Source of the DNA: Campylobacterota bacterium
GTDB taxonomy: Bacteria > Campylobacterota > Campylobacteria > Campylobacterales > Sulfurovaceae
Assembly (NCBI GenBank): GCA_013153055.1
Contig: JAADFE010000067.1
Coordinates: forward strand, 1 to 55,216
DNA length: 55,216 nucleotides
Direction of reading: 5' to 3'
Positions 9,142-19,190 of the stretch are shown here, piece after piece; position 1 is the first letter of the stretch; each line of letters starts with the position of its first letter. Under the pieces are notes generated by a model. The model made no database searches. It saw nothing but the letters and a program-made list of their open reading frames with translations, and had not been told where the DNA came from. A program made the translations under genes and the position numbers.

Positions 9142-10704
9142 TTAAACCCCTGGTGCTTTCCACATAGAGTTAGTCAACCCTCTATCAACAAGCTCTAATT
9201 GGGTTTTATAAATCTCTTGCCATTTATCTTTTATCTTGTTATATCTTTTATGATTTTGCATATCTGGTTCATACTCTCTATCCCATTTGACTATATTGGA
9301 TGATGCCTCTTGAATATCTTTATAAATTCCAGTAGCCACACCACAAAGCATAGCACCACCTAGAGATGTTGCCTCTTTTACTACAGGGATTTTGACTCTT
9401 TTGCCTGTTACATCAGCTAAAATTTGTGACCATAAAGCCCCTTTACTAGCTCCACTTGCAAATGTGATAGTATCGCTATTGACTCCTGAAAATTTAGATA
9501 TATTTTCTAAGTTGATAGAACTAACTATACAAGCATTTTCCTCTAGGCTTCTAAACATAGAGGCACGATTACATATATCAGCATCTATACTTAGATTGAT
9601 AAATGATGGTGAGGCGTGATACCACTTACCATACTTCATAGCATCACTAAAAATAGGCATAATCCCATGAGACCCAACAGGTACCTCTTTTGCTTTCTCT
9701 TCTAGGATACTATATACATCAACTCCTCTTTTTTTAGCTTCAATTTTTTCTATATCGCAAAAAGCATCTCTAAACCATCTCATAACTAAACCACTAAAAA
9801 AGGTTATCCCCTCAGCTTGAGATAGACCTTTGATAACATGTGGATTGACTCTTATGCTCATATCTTCTGGAGGAAGGGTAGATGATGGGATATTGACAAC
9901 TTGTTGCCAAAAGCTACCTCCAAGTACAGCAATCTCTCCCTCATGGATAACTCCTAATCCTGCTGAACCTAACTGAACATCTCCTCCGCCCATTACAACG
10001 GCTGTTCCCTCTTTTAGACCTGACTCTATACTAGCTCTTTGGGTTATCTCTCCAATAATAGTTGATGGCTCATACACAGGTGGAAATATGTCATCTTTTA
10101 ACCCAACCTCTTTAGCTTGGTGTGTAGCCCATTGTCTATTTTGTAGGTTAAATATACCAGTAGTTCCTGCATTACTTGGCTCAGTTGCAATTACACCTGA
10201 TAGTCTTGCTAAAACCCAATCACTAATCATAGATATTTTAGCTACCTTTTCGTATGTTTGAGGTTCATTATTTTTTAGCCACAACAGTCTAGGGATAGCC
10301 CCCAAAGCAAAAGTTTGACCAGATTCCATATAAAATTGCTCCTCTATATGAGGAAATCTCTCTTTTAGTTCTTTAACCTCTTTGTAGGCTCTAGCATCCA
10401 CATTTGCTACAGCCCAAATCTCATTATCAAACTTATCATATAGTACAATACCCTCTCTCATACTTGAAGCTGTAACTGCTTTTATCTCATCTGCATCAAT
10501 TTTAGCTTCAAGTATAGATTTTTTGATACATCTACAAATTAGTCCCCAGTTGGCTCTATAGTCAAAATTCATAGAGTTTTCAACACCCACTTCACTATAG
10601 TGTTCCCACTCCTCTTGACCAACTCCTATTTGATTGCCAAACTCATCAAATATAACAGCCCTTGCACTCCCCGTTCCTGCATCTATTGTCATTAAGTAGC
10701 TCAT
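9142..10704 (-). CDS. lsrK: Autoinducer-2 (DPD) kinase, FGGY family
   Basis: YLMTIDAGTGSARAVIFD, SSMREGIVLY, GGSFWQQ and C-terminal SMWKAPGV match enterobacterial LsrK. Confidence 0.88.
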   Translation of the reverse strand: MSYLMTIDAGTGSARAVIFDEFGNQIGVGQEEWEHYSEVGVENSMNFDYRANWGLICRCIKKSILEAKIDADEIKAVTASSMREGIVLYDKFDNEIWAVANVDARAYKEVKELKERFPHIEEQFYMESGQTFALGAIPRLLWLKNNEPQTYEKVAKISMISDWVLARLSGVIATEPSNAGTTGIFNLQNRQWATHQAKEVGLKDDIFPPVYEPSTIIGEITQRASIESGLKEGTAVVMGGGDVQLGSAGLGVIHEGEIAVLGGSFWQQVVNIPSSTLPPEDMSIRVNPHVIKGLSQAEGITFFSGLVMRWFRDAFCDIEKIEAKKRGVDVYSILEEKAKEVPVGSHGIMPIFSDAMKYGKWYHASPSFINLSIDADICNRASMFRSLEENACIVSSINLENISKFSGVNSDTITFASGASKGALWSQILADVTGKRVKIPVVKEATSLGGAMLCGVATGIYKDIQEASSNIVKWDREYEPDMQNHKRYNKIKDKWQEIYKTQLELVDRGLTNSMWKAPGV

Positions 10705-10799
10705 AATTGTTTGTTCCTTTTTTATTATAGATATAGTTTAATTTTTACAATTATATAACTAAAGCTGTTAAAAACTATAATAATTATATTAAAATATTT

Positions 10800-11936
10800 T
10801 TATCTATTTTTCAACTTCATCTGCTCAAGTTCCCAATACTCCATATAAAAGCTATCTTGCTCACTGATACTCTTATACCCACCAAATCTCTTGGCATCTA
10901 TCATTGCTTTCATGGTGTGATTGTTTATATCTTCTATAACTTTTGCTTCTTTTTCATCTTTTCCAAAACTAACAGTTCCAAAATCTTTGAGTACAGCCCA
11001 ATTTGGAGCTGGATTTAGCATTATCTCCTCTCCTGTTGTGTGTCTTTCAAAATACTCTGTATAGTCTTGTATATATCTCTCTAGCTCTTTTTCATAATCC
11101 TCTTCAAATACTATAGGAACTCTCTTGGTTCTAATAATATGTTCAGGAGTCAATACACCTTTTTGGGTTAGTGCCATATCCTCTTTGGTTGCAAATCTTT
11201 TAGCTGTGGCTGATTGGTTTACTCTCATGACCACATCATACCCTTTGGCTTTAGAGATTAGCTCTTTTATTTTTGATAGGTCATGCTCTTTTTTCTTTTT
11301 GGATTCTCTAATAAACTTATTGGCTACATTTACAGCATCTATCATATTGTCATAGCTCTCTTTTGCACTATTTGAGAATGTGAAAATACCGTGATTATGG
11401 AGAATAATCCCCTTTATACTATCCCAATCTATGAGTTCTGTCATATTATAGACCATCTTTGATAGTAAAAATCCTGGCATAACATATGGCACGATTAGAT
11501 AATCTGAATAAAGCTCTTTTATTAACTCTTCACCTCTATTTGAATTTGATATAGTAACAATAGCATCAGCATGTGTATGGTCAACAAATTTATAAGGTAT
11601 GAGTGCATGTAGTATCGCCTCTATTGAGGGGTTTGGTGCATCTTTCTCAACCAATGCTTCTCTTTGGTATTTGACCATATCACTATCACTAAGTCTCTCA
11701 TAATCAAGTAGTTTGATAAGCTCTATAGTCTTAACAGGTGAAAATCCCTCTTTTTCTATAGTAGCCAAATCCCAGCCACTGCCTTTGACATAAAGTGTAG
11801 CACCTATCTTTACAGAGGTATTTCCTCCACCATGCAATACTAAGTCACTATTAGCCCCAAGTAAACGAGAAGTATATACTCTCAACTCTAAATCATCTAA
11901 ATCTTTTGCTTTTTTGGTATTGTATAAATTTTTCAT
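10800..11936 (-). CDS. Class II aldolase/adducin protein (aldolase half of RhaD-type bifunctional enzymes, no SDR domain)
   Basis: LVLHGGGNTSVK, KGSGWDL, PSIE, VDHTHAD, NHGIFT, EYWELEQ motifs. Confidence 0.85.
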   Translation of the reverse strand: MKNLYNTKKAKDLDDLELRVYTSRLLGANSDLVLHGGGNTSVKIGATLYVKGSGWDLATIEKEGFSPVKTIELIKLLDYERLSDSDMVKYQREALVEKDAPNPSIEAILHALIPYKFVDHTHADAIVTISNSNRGEELIKELYSDYLIVPYVMPGFLLSKMVYNMTELIDWDSIKGIILHNHGIFTFSNSAKESYDNMIDAVNVANKFIRESKKKKEHDLSKIKELISKAKGYDVVMRVNQSATAKRFATKEDMALTQKGVLTPEHIIRTKRVPIVFEEDYEKELERYIQDYTEYFERHTTGEEIMLNPAPNWAVLKDFGTVSFGKDEKEAKVIEDINNHTMKAMIDAKRFGGYKSISEQDSFYMEYWELEQMKLKNR

Positions 11937-11983
11937 GGTGGGATTATATCAAATATAATTTATAGATTATTTGAAAGTTTATA

Positions 11984-12031
11984 TGAAAATGATTATCATT
12001 TAATTGATATTTAAGTTGATATTCATTATCA
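11984..12031. promoter_or_regulatory. Two Fur-box-like sites upstream of feoAB
   Basis: TGAAAATGATTATCA (11984-11998) and TGATATTCATTATCA (12017-12031), each one mismatch from the 7-1-7 TGATAAT-N-ATTATCA consensus. Confidence 0.75.
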
Positions 12032-12129
12032 TTTCTAAAAATAACTAAAATTTATAAAAATATTAATGGTTACATTAAGTGTATATCTATTATTATTTGC
12101 ATAATTTAAAAATATAGGGATATGATGGT

Positions 12130-12354
12130 ATGAAACTTTTAGAATTACATAAGGGAGATAGAGCCTTAATTAAAAAGGTAGATACAGATGAGGCATTAAA
12201 AACTAGACTGGCATCATTTGGTGTGGTAAGGGGAAGTGAGCTTACTGTTGAGGCTTGTTCTATAGGAAAACAAACTATGGAGATATTAGTTGATGGAACA
12301 CTTATAGGACTTCGTGGAGAAGAGGCAGAGAAAATAGAGGTAGAAAAATTATAA
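12130..12354 (+). CDS. feoA: Ferrous iron transport protein A
   Basis: 74-aa SH3-like protein, RLASFG and LRGEEA motifs; coupled to feoB. Confidence 0.92.
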   Translation: MKLLELHKGDRALIKKVDTDEALKTRLASFGVVRGSELTVEACSIGKQTMEILVDGTLIGLRGEEAEKIEVEKL

Positions 12355-14450
12355 TGGATACAATCAAAATTGTTCTAGCAGGACAACCAAATGTAGGTAA
12401 ATCTATGTTAATTAATGCCATGAGTGGCTCAAATGGTCTAAAGGTTGGTAACTTTTCAGGTGTGACTGTTGAAAAGACAGAGGTCTGTTTTGAGCATCAT
12501 TGTCATCAATTTGAGATGGTTGATTTACCTGGTACTTACTCTATTAGAGGGTTTTCTAAAGAGGAAAAAGTAGCATATGAGTATCTCTCAAATGAGGAGT
12601 ATGATGTTATTATTAATGTGTTAGATTCTACACATTTGCAGAGAAACTTATTATTAACTCTTGAACTATTGAAACTTAATAAGAAAATGGTTTTAGCTTT
12701 AAATATGGCTGATGAAGCTAAAAAAGAGGGAATAGATATAGATGTTAAACAGTTAGAGAAGATTATAGGTGTACCTGTAGTATTAGTTTCTGCAAATACA
12801 AAAGAGGGTGTAGATGAATTATTAGATAAAATTCATGATATAGCTGATAGTTGTTATAGACCAAAATCAAATATAACTTATAGTGATGCTATGGAGGAGG
12901 AGATTTTAGATATTCAAAAATTTTTGGATGATAGAGGTTTTAAGATAAGAGACCTTTCAAGTAGAGAGATAGCTACTAGATTATTATTTGAAGATAAAGA
13001 TTTATACAAAGAGTTAAGAGATGAACCTATTATGATAGAGCTTCAACCTTTGGTTTTAAAAGCACTACAGCATCTATATACTCATCATGAGACTAAAAAT
13101 ATTAAAGAGATAAAGTACAATGAGTATAATGCTATTGCTCGTGGTATTAAAATGGAAGTTATAAAGTGTAATAGGGCAGGAAGTGGTAAAAACCTAACAA
13201 AAAAGATAGATGATGTTTTAATTCATAAATATTTTGGGATACCTATATTTTTATTTTTGATGTGGGGACTTTTTCATTTAATATTCACAATAGGGGATAT
13301 ACCAGTTGAGATAATTTCAAGAGCTTTTAGTAGTTTTGGGGCTTGGATGGGTTCTCATATTTCAAATGAATTTCTTCGTAATGTTATAGTTGATGGAATT
13401 ATTGCTGGGGTAGGGGCAGTGTTATCTTTTTTACCAAATATTATTTTGTTGTATATAGGTATTGCATTGTTAGAGACTACTGGATATATGAGTAGAGTGG
13501 CTTTTTTACTTGATGGATTTTTTCATAAATTTGGTTTACATGGTAAGAGCTTTATTCCACTTGTTACAGGTTTTGGGTGTTCTGTTCCTGCATATATGGC
13601 AGCTAGAACGCTTAAAAGTGAAAAAGATAGACTTATTACTCTATTTATTATAGGTTTTATGAGTTGTGGAGCTAGGCTTCCTATATATATGCTTTTTACT
13701 AGTGCTTTTATTGAGGATAAATCTATAGCTGGTAATGTTCTTTTTGTTATATATATATCGGGTGCTTTACTTGGATTAGTTATGGCAAAGATATTAAGAG
13801 TAGTAGTATTTAAAGGTGAAGATGAACCATTTGTTATGGAGATGCCAAAATATCGTTTTCCATCTTTTAAGCTTATATGGCATACAGTATATAATAATGC
13901 AAAAGGATATGTAAAAAAAGCAGGTTCATTTATTCTATTAGCTTCTATTTTAGTATGGGTTTTAGCAACATATCCATCTCAAAAAGGAATAGAAGAGAGT
14001 TATATAGCCAAGATAGAACAGACACAGAATATGCAAGAGAAATTAGATTTAGAAAATGAGTTAAATGTAAAAAAATTGGAAAATAGTTATTTGGGGCAAA
14101 TTGGAAAGGCTACAGAGCCTTTTTTTAGACCTTTGGGATTTGATTGGAAAATGGTTGTAGCTTTAGAGAGTGGATTAGCAGCAAAAGAGATAGTTGTATC
14201 GACTTTGAGTATTTTGTATAATGGTAAAGGAGATACTTTGGCTAATAGATTAAGAGATAGTATTCCTCCTGCATCAGCTATGGCATTTATTGTTTTTGTA
14301 ATGTTATATTTACCTTGTTTAGCTGCATCAATGGTATTTGCCAAAGAGGCAGGTGGATATAAATATCTAGTTTATCTATTTATATTTACTACAGCCACTG
14401 CTTGGATTTTCAGTTTTATTACATATAAAGCTGTTGAGCTTTTTGTCTAA
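12354..14450 (+). CDS. feoB: Ferrous iron transport protein B
   Basis: GQPNVGKS, VGNFSGVTVE, DLPGTYS GTPase motifs; GFGCSVPA gate motif. Confidence 0.96.
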   Translation: MDTIKIVLAGQPNVGKSMLINAMSGSNGLKVGNFSGVTVEKTEVCFEHHCHQFEMVDLPGTYSIRGFSKEEKVAYEYLSNEEYDVIINVLDSTHLQRNLLLTLELLKLNKKMVLALNMADEAKKEGIDIDVKQLEKIIGVPVVLVSANTKEGVDELLDKIHDIADSCYRPKSNITYSDAMEEEILDIQKFLDDRGFKIRDLSSREIATRLLFEDKDLYKELRDEPIMIELQPLVLKALQHLYTHHETKNIKEIKYNEYNAIARGIKMEVIKCNRAGSGKNLTKKIDDVLIHKYFGIPIFLFLMWGLFHLIFTIGDIPVEIISRAFSSFGAWMGSHISNEFLRNVIVDGIIAGVGAVLSFLPNIILLYIGIALLETTGYMSRVAFLLDGFFHKFGLHGKSFIPLVTGFGCSVPAYMAARTLKSEKDRLITLFIIGFMSCGARLPIYMLFTSAFIEDKSIAGNVLFVIYISGALLGLVMAKILRVVVFKGEDEPFVMEMPKYRFPSFKLIWHTVYNNAKGYVKKAGSFILLASILVWVLATYPSQKGIEESYIAKIEQTQNMQEKLDLENELNVKKLENSYLGQIGKATEPFFRPLGFDWKMVVALESGLAAKEIVVSTLSILYNGKGDTLANRLRDSIPPASAMAFIVFVMLYLPCLAASMVFAKEAGGYKYLVYLFIFTTATAWIFSFITYKAVELFV

Positions 14451-14457
14451 AATTTAT

Positions 14458-14480
14458 AGTAGCTATATTATATAGCTACT
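14458..14480. terminator. Hairpin between convergent feoB and pyrD
   Basis: AGTAGCTATA-TTA-TATAGCTACT. Confidence 0.55.
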
Positions 14481-15559
14481 TATTTATTATAGTCTGCTCC
14501 AATAGCCTCACTGATATGATTATATCCATCAGCTTTTATTAGTTCTGTTAGCTCTTCATTGATATCTTTTATCATTTTTGGTCCATTGTAAATCAACATA
14601 CTAAAAATTTGAACCAAAGAAGCACCTGCTTTTATTCTTCTATAGACATCTTGTGCATCTTCTATTCCACCTACAGAGATTAGTATAGTTTTTCCATATA
14701 GCTCTTTTGCTATGGCTTGAAATAGTTCAAAAGATTTTTCTCTAAGCAATGCACCAGAAATCCCACCAAAATCTTTTGCATTTGGAGTTAGGGAGTAGTC
14801 TATAGTGGTATTTGTTGCTATTATTCCATCGGCTCCAACCTCTACAGCTGTTTTACAAAGGGCTATTGCATCATCTGCTTTCATATCTGGAGCTATTTTT
14901 AGGAAAATAGGTTTTGTAGTAATCCCTTTTGCTATATCAAAAAGCTCTTTGATAAATTTTTCATTTTGTAAATCTCTAAGACCTGGTGTATTTGGAGAGG
15001 AGATATTTATTACTACATAGTCACCATAATCTTTGAACTTTTCAAGCAGAAGTTTATAGTCATCTATAGCTTTGTCCTCTGGTGTGATTTTGTTTTTACC
15101 GATATTGATACCAATAGGATAGTCAAAAAAGTAGAGTTTGTTCAACTGCTTTAGCATATAATCAGCTCCAAGATTATTAAATCCCATAGCATTTTGAAGT
15201 GACCGTTCTTCTTTGAGTCTAAATAGTCTAGGTTTGGGATTTCCATCTTGGGGTTTAGGTGTTACTGTACCAATCTCTGTATATCCATATCCAAGTGTTG
15301 GCATAGCTGTTATATACTCTCCATTTTTATCAAAACCAGCACCTAATCCTACAGGATTAGCAAACTCTATTCCTAATATATTCTGTTTTAGTACAGGATT
15401 GGTTACAAAGTAGTGGTTTTTGAGTAGTCTCAAAAGAGTAGGGGCATAAACAAGTGATTTTAGACCCAAACCAGCTATACTATGAGCTGTTTCAGGGTCA
15501 AAATTAAAAAGAATTTTTTTAACAGTTTGATAAGAAAAAAATGACAATACGAACTCCAA
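14480..15559 (-). CDS. pyrD: Quinone-dependent dihydroorotate dehydrogenase
   Basis: DPETAH, GFDKNG, NAMGFNN, NISSPNTPGLR, KIAPD motifs; exact start uncertain. Confidence 0.95.
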   Translation of the reverse strand: MEFVLSFFSYQTVKKILFNFDPETAHSIAGLGLKSLVYAPTLLRLLKNHYFVTNPVLKQNILGIEFANPVGLGAGFDKNGEYITAMPTLGYGYTEIGTVTPKPQDGNPKPRLFRLKEERSLQNAMGFNNLGADYMLKQLNKLYFFDYPIGINIGKNKITPEDKAIDDYKLLLEKFKDYGDYVVINISSPNTPGLRDLQNEKFIKELFDIAKGITTKPIFLKIAPDMKADDAIALCKTAVEVGADGIIATNTTIDYSLTPNAKDFGGISGALLREKSFELFQAIAKELYGKTILISVGGIEDAQDVYRRIKAGASLVQIFSMLIYNGPKMIKDINEELTELIKADGYNHISEAIGADYNK

Positions 15560-15588
15560 TTATTAAAATTGGCGTATTATATCAAATT

Positions 15589-16092
15589 TTACTCAAAGTA
15601 GTAGTGAAGAGATAGTGCAAAATCACTTCTATCATTTAAATTTTTGAGTTTACTAGTAGTCATGTATCTATAACCTAAGTCTATATCAAAATAGTTATTT
15701 AGAACATAGTTAATACCTATATTTCCTCCAAATAGATAACCTCTATCTGTTAATGTATCATTTTTATGTTGCATAGCACCTAAAGAGAATCCTATATAAG
15801 GTTTAAATGGTACATCTTTGAATACATCTGTTAAAATACCTTTGTCAACTTGTACGATAAAGCTATGATATATATCATCGGAGTTTACAGAGTAGTTGTA
15901 TATAAGTGCTGTTCGCCATTGGCTATTTTGTTTACCATATTTAAATCCTATAGTAGGGGTATCTACATTATCATATTTAGTGTAACCCCCTTGTACGCCG
16001 ATAAAAGTATATAATTTATCTAATCCATCATAAGCATTAATAGTTGAGTTTAATAAAAATAGAATAAATAGTGTTTTTATAAAGAGTTTCAT
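15589..16092 (-). CDS. Outer membrane beta-barrel protein (OmpA/OmpW-like)
   Basis: Signal peptide, alternating beta strands, KPYIG and DLGYRY motifs, aromatic C-terminus. Confidence 0.75.
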   Translation of the reverse strand: MKLFIKTLFILFLLNSTINAYDGLDKLYTFIGVQGGYTKYDNVDTPTIGFKYGKQNSQWRTALIYNYSVNSDDIYHSFIVQVDKGILTDVFKDVPFKPYIGFSLGAMQHKNDTLTDRGYLFGGNIGINYVLNNYFDIDLGYRYMTTSKLKNLNDRSDFALSLHYYFE

Positions 16093-16136
16093 ATAAATAA
16101 CCTTTTGTGATTAAATGTTTTGAAATTATAACACTT

Positions 16137-17147
16137 TTACTTTAATCTTAAAGGTTTATAAAAATCACCATATCTTTTTTTGTATCCTTTTTTTATCTTT
16201 TGGGCTAATTGATGAACACTCATAGCATAGTATGAACTTTGATTGTATCTAGTGATTACATAGAAGTTTTTTCCACCATACCATAGCTCATCATAGGAGT
16301 TCCTCTCTAGTTTTATGAGGCTCACTTTTCCATGATAGTTAAAATCGCCTCTAGGTTCTATACCATCTAAATTACTACGATAATATGTATGAGTATATCC
16401 TGTTGGTAATTTATCAAATCTATCACCTTCATATCTAACTCTCACAGCGACATCTTCACCTTTTCTCCAACCATGTCTTCTAAGGTAGTAGGCTATACTT
16501 CCGATAGCATCTATGACATTATTCATCTGTTTTTTGCCATCTTTATTAAAATCAACTGCAAAAGATTTATATGTACTAGGGATAAATTGAGCAAATCCAA
16601 TAGCCCCAGAAGATGAACCTCTGATATCTCTAGGGTCGATATCCTCTTTGGCTGCTAATCTAAGTAGTGAGATAAGCTGTTTTCTATAAAATTTAGCTCG
16701 TCTATCTTTTTTATCAAAGGATAGATGAACCAAACGGTCAAAAACTAAATAGTCTCCACGATTTGAGCCATAGTTACTCTCTATACCAATAATAGCTGTG
16801 ATATATTCAGGTTCAACTCCATATTTTTTAGAGGCTTTTAAGAGGGTATCATGAAATTTTCTCATAAAATAGATACCACCTCCTGCTCTTTTTAGATATT
16901 GAAATGAGTATCTATCCCAACTACCATTAGAGTAGCATCTACCTCTATAGTATAAACTTTTTTTTATAGGTAGATAACTATTTTTGCGAACATTTTTAAA
17001 CCATTTTAGTAGAGTCTTTTTTTTGAAACCATATCTATATTGCATAGTATGGATGAACTCTTTTACCTCTTTTTTGGAAGTATAATCAACAGCTTTTAAA
17101 GAGGTAGTGATTAAAAAGCTAAAAACTAATAGTTTAAATATTCTCAA
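16137..17147 (-). CDS. mltB: Lytic murein transglycosylase B family
   Basis: IGIESNYG, GFAQFIPS, DFNKDG, ITRYNQS motifs. Confidence 0.88.
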   Translation of the reverse strand: MRIFKLLVFSFLITTSLKAVDYTSKKEVKEFIHTMQYRYGFKKKTLLKWFKNVRKNSYLPIKKSLYYRGRCYSNGSWDRYSFQYLKRAGGGIYFMRKFHDTLLKASKKYGVEPEYITAIIGIESNYGSNRGDYLVFDRLVHLSFDKKDRRAKFYRKQLISLLRLAAKEDIDPRDIRGSSSGAIGFAQFIPSTYKSFAVDFNKDGKKQMNNVIDAIGSIAYYLRRHGWRKGEDVAVRVRYEGDRFDKLPTGYTHTYYRSNLDGIEPRGDFNYHGKVSLIKLERNSYDELWYGGKNFYVITRYNQSSYYAMSVHQLAQKIKKGYKKRYGDFYKPLRLK

Positions 17148-17154
17148 ACTTCAA

Positions 17155-17346
17155 CTACTCTTTTCCAAGAACTGGACACTGTCCTGTTATTCCACATAGT
17201 GGACAGAAGTTGATTAAACCAGCAATTAATGGGATAGCTCCTAAATAGAACCAACTATTACCACTATAAACTCCATACCCAATTAATGCACTTCCAAGTA
17301 CAATTCTAAATGGGCGACAAAATTTTCTCATTTTTTTTACATCCAT
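17155..17346 (-). CDS. DUF2892/YgaP-like small membrane protein
   Basis: RIVLG...PLIAGLINFCPL pattern; AGGAG RBS. Confidence 0.75.
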   Translation of the reverse strand: MDVKKMRKFCRPFRIVLGSALIGYGVYSGNSWFYLGAIPLIAGLINFCPLCGITGQCPVLGKE

Positions 17347-17401
17347 AAATATAATCTCCTTATGATATTATTTTTTTTATTTGTTTGATAATTTAACATA
17401 A

Positions 17402-17977
17402 TTAAGCTTTAGCATCAGCTAAAGTAATAGCGAAAAGAACATCAACGCCATTTTGTTTCAAAACTACTTTAGCTTCTTGTAAAGTTATCCCTGTTGTAAC
17501 TATATCATCTACTAAAATAGCATTGATATTAGATAAACCATTATATACAAAATCTCTAGGATTTGATATACGAAACTCTAGGGATTTACCTGCATATTTT
17601 ACTCTATTTTGAGCTAATAGCTTATTGTGTAAAATTTTTACATTTTTATATTTCATCTGATGAGATAGTAGTGCAACATGGCTATATCCATTATTGATAA
17701 TCTCATCTATCCCTATAATATAGACTATATCTCTACTATTATTTATAAAACTTTTTATAAACGGTTTAAATGTCATCTTTGCCAAAGCCTTATATATCAA
17801 AAAGCCTTGTGGTGTATGTTTTGTTAATAGTAAATCTTCTATATTCTGATATTTGAAAAAACTATACACCTGTAATGAACCAATATTTCGTTTAGATATT
17901 GATGGTTTGAGAAGTTTAATTTGACATCTTGAACAAAAAGTATTCCAACTCAGTCTATGACAACTAATACATCTCAT
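17402..17977 (-). CDS. ComF family phosphoribosyltransferase
   Basis: N-terminal CxxC...CxxC; ILVDDIVTTG PRT motif. Confidence 0.85.
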   Translation of the reverse strand: MRCISCHRLSWNTFCSRCQIKLLKPSISKRNIGSLQVYSFFKYQNIEDLLLTKHTPQGFLIYKALAKMTFKPFIKSFINNSRDIVYIIGIDEIINNGYSHVALLSHQMKYKNVKILHNKLLAQNRVKYAGKSLEFRISNPRDFVYNGLSNINAILVDDIVTTGITLQEAKVVLKQNGVDVLFAITLADAKA

Positions 17978-17988
17978 ATCTTTTTAAG

Positions 17989-18438
17989 TTATAGAGCATC
18001 TCTTATTACGATGGCATGATGTAATACTATAAAATTCAAGATAAATATACCCATAGATGAACCTCTGGATATAATAGTCTCTAGTTTTGTTCTCTCTTTT
18101 CCATTTGTTTTAAAAGCAATGACCGTATGTATTATAGTAATTATAGTCATTATAGCAACTATAATTAGTTTTTGACGCAAAGCATCAATAGCTATATTGT
18201 GAATATTCATGTCAAATAGTATAGTAATTAAACCATTATTTATAATCATCAATGTTCCAGTAATGAGCAGGGCTATTAATGAACCCATCTCAAAATATCC
18301 AAATATAGGACCAATCCTCGGATATACAGCTTGTTGGTCATCTTTGTCTCTTAGGGAAATCCCTAAAATAAACATAAAAACAGAGCCACCTATCCATGAG
18401 ACAGCAGCAATTAGATGTATATGTATTTCCCAACCCAA
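17989..18438 (-). CDS. CopD-like/DUF4149-type 4-TM membrane protein
   Basis: HIHLIAAVSWIGG start, four TM helices, conserved His residues. Confidence 0.6.
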   Translation of the reverse strand: MGWEIHIHLIAAVSWIGGSVFMFILGISLRDKDDQQAVYPRIGPIFGYFEMGSLIALLITGTLMIINNGLITILFDMNIHNIAIDALRQKLIIVAIMTIITIIHTVIAFKTNGKERTKLETIISRGSSMGIFILNFIVLHHAIVIRDAL

Positions 18439-18545
18439 AAAAATCCTTTATATTAATTTTTAGTTTATCTATTGTAACTAAAACTATATATATTTCAGAT
18501 TGAGATGTATCAAGATTTATTTTAATTGTTTTTTGTAGTTGTATT

Positions 18546-18824
18546 TTACGGTTTATTTCTATTAAAAATCTTCAATATCTCTATAGAGTTATTTTTGAAA
18601 TTTACTTCATATACAATGGTATATCCCTTAAAGGTCATATCTCTAATATTTTTATCATCAAAATAGAAAGATTGTCTATATTTAAATGGGTTATCAGGTA
18701 TCTCATTGATATATGCTTTGAGTTCATTTTTAAAGTTTAGACTTGCAGAGGGTTTGTCTTGGGCGATATATATTAAAATATCTCTTAACTCGGTTTTGAA
18801 TATATGAGTATAGATTATCTTCAT
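18546..18824 (-). CDS. RelE/ParE family type II toxin
   Basis: YIAQDKPSAS, NPFKYR, GYTIVY, ILKIF pattern; 4-nt overlap with the antitoxin. Confidence 0.85.
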   Translation of the reverse strand: MKIIYTHIFKTELRDILIYIAQDKPSASLNFKNELKAYINEIPDNPFKYRQSFYFDDKNIRDMTFKGYTIVYEVNFKNNSIEILKIFNRNKP

Positions 18825-19066
18825 TTTACCAAAGTATCTACAAAATTATCCATGTCATCCCAAAATTCATTATGAGAAATCATCTGAATTTTACTCTTTT
18901 TTATCTCATCTCTAATAGTTTGTAACTCTCGTTGTCGTTTATAGAAATATGGGTCATATTCAAGATTACTATCTTTTTCTATATGGATATGTTCTTGTCT
19001 TTTTTCTACAAAATTTAAAAACTCTTGCATAAAACTATCTTGAATTTGAACAGTTAAAGTTTGCAT
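18821..19066 (-). CDS. Putative cognate antitoxin
   Basis: 81-aa ORF with acidic C-terminus directly upstream of and overlapping the toxin. Confidence 0.7.
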   Translation of the reverse strand: MQTLTVQIQDSFMQEFLNFVEKRQEHIHIEKDSNLEYDPYFYKRQRELQTIRDEIKKSKIQMISHNEFWDDMDNFVDTLVK

Positions 19067-19190
19067 AGTTAATCCTTTTGTTGGGTTGATTAATTATATC
19101 ACAAAGTAGATAAATCTGTTTTAATTGTTTTTTGTAGTTCTCATATGCATCCCCAAATTTTATTTGGAGATGAGTGGATGAAGATTTATT

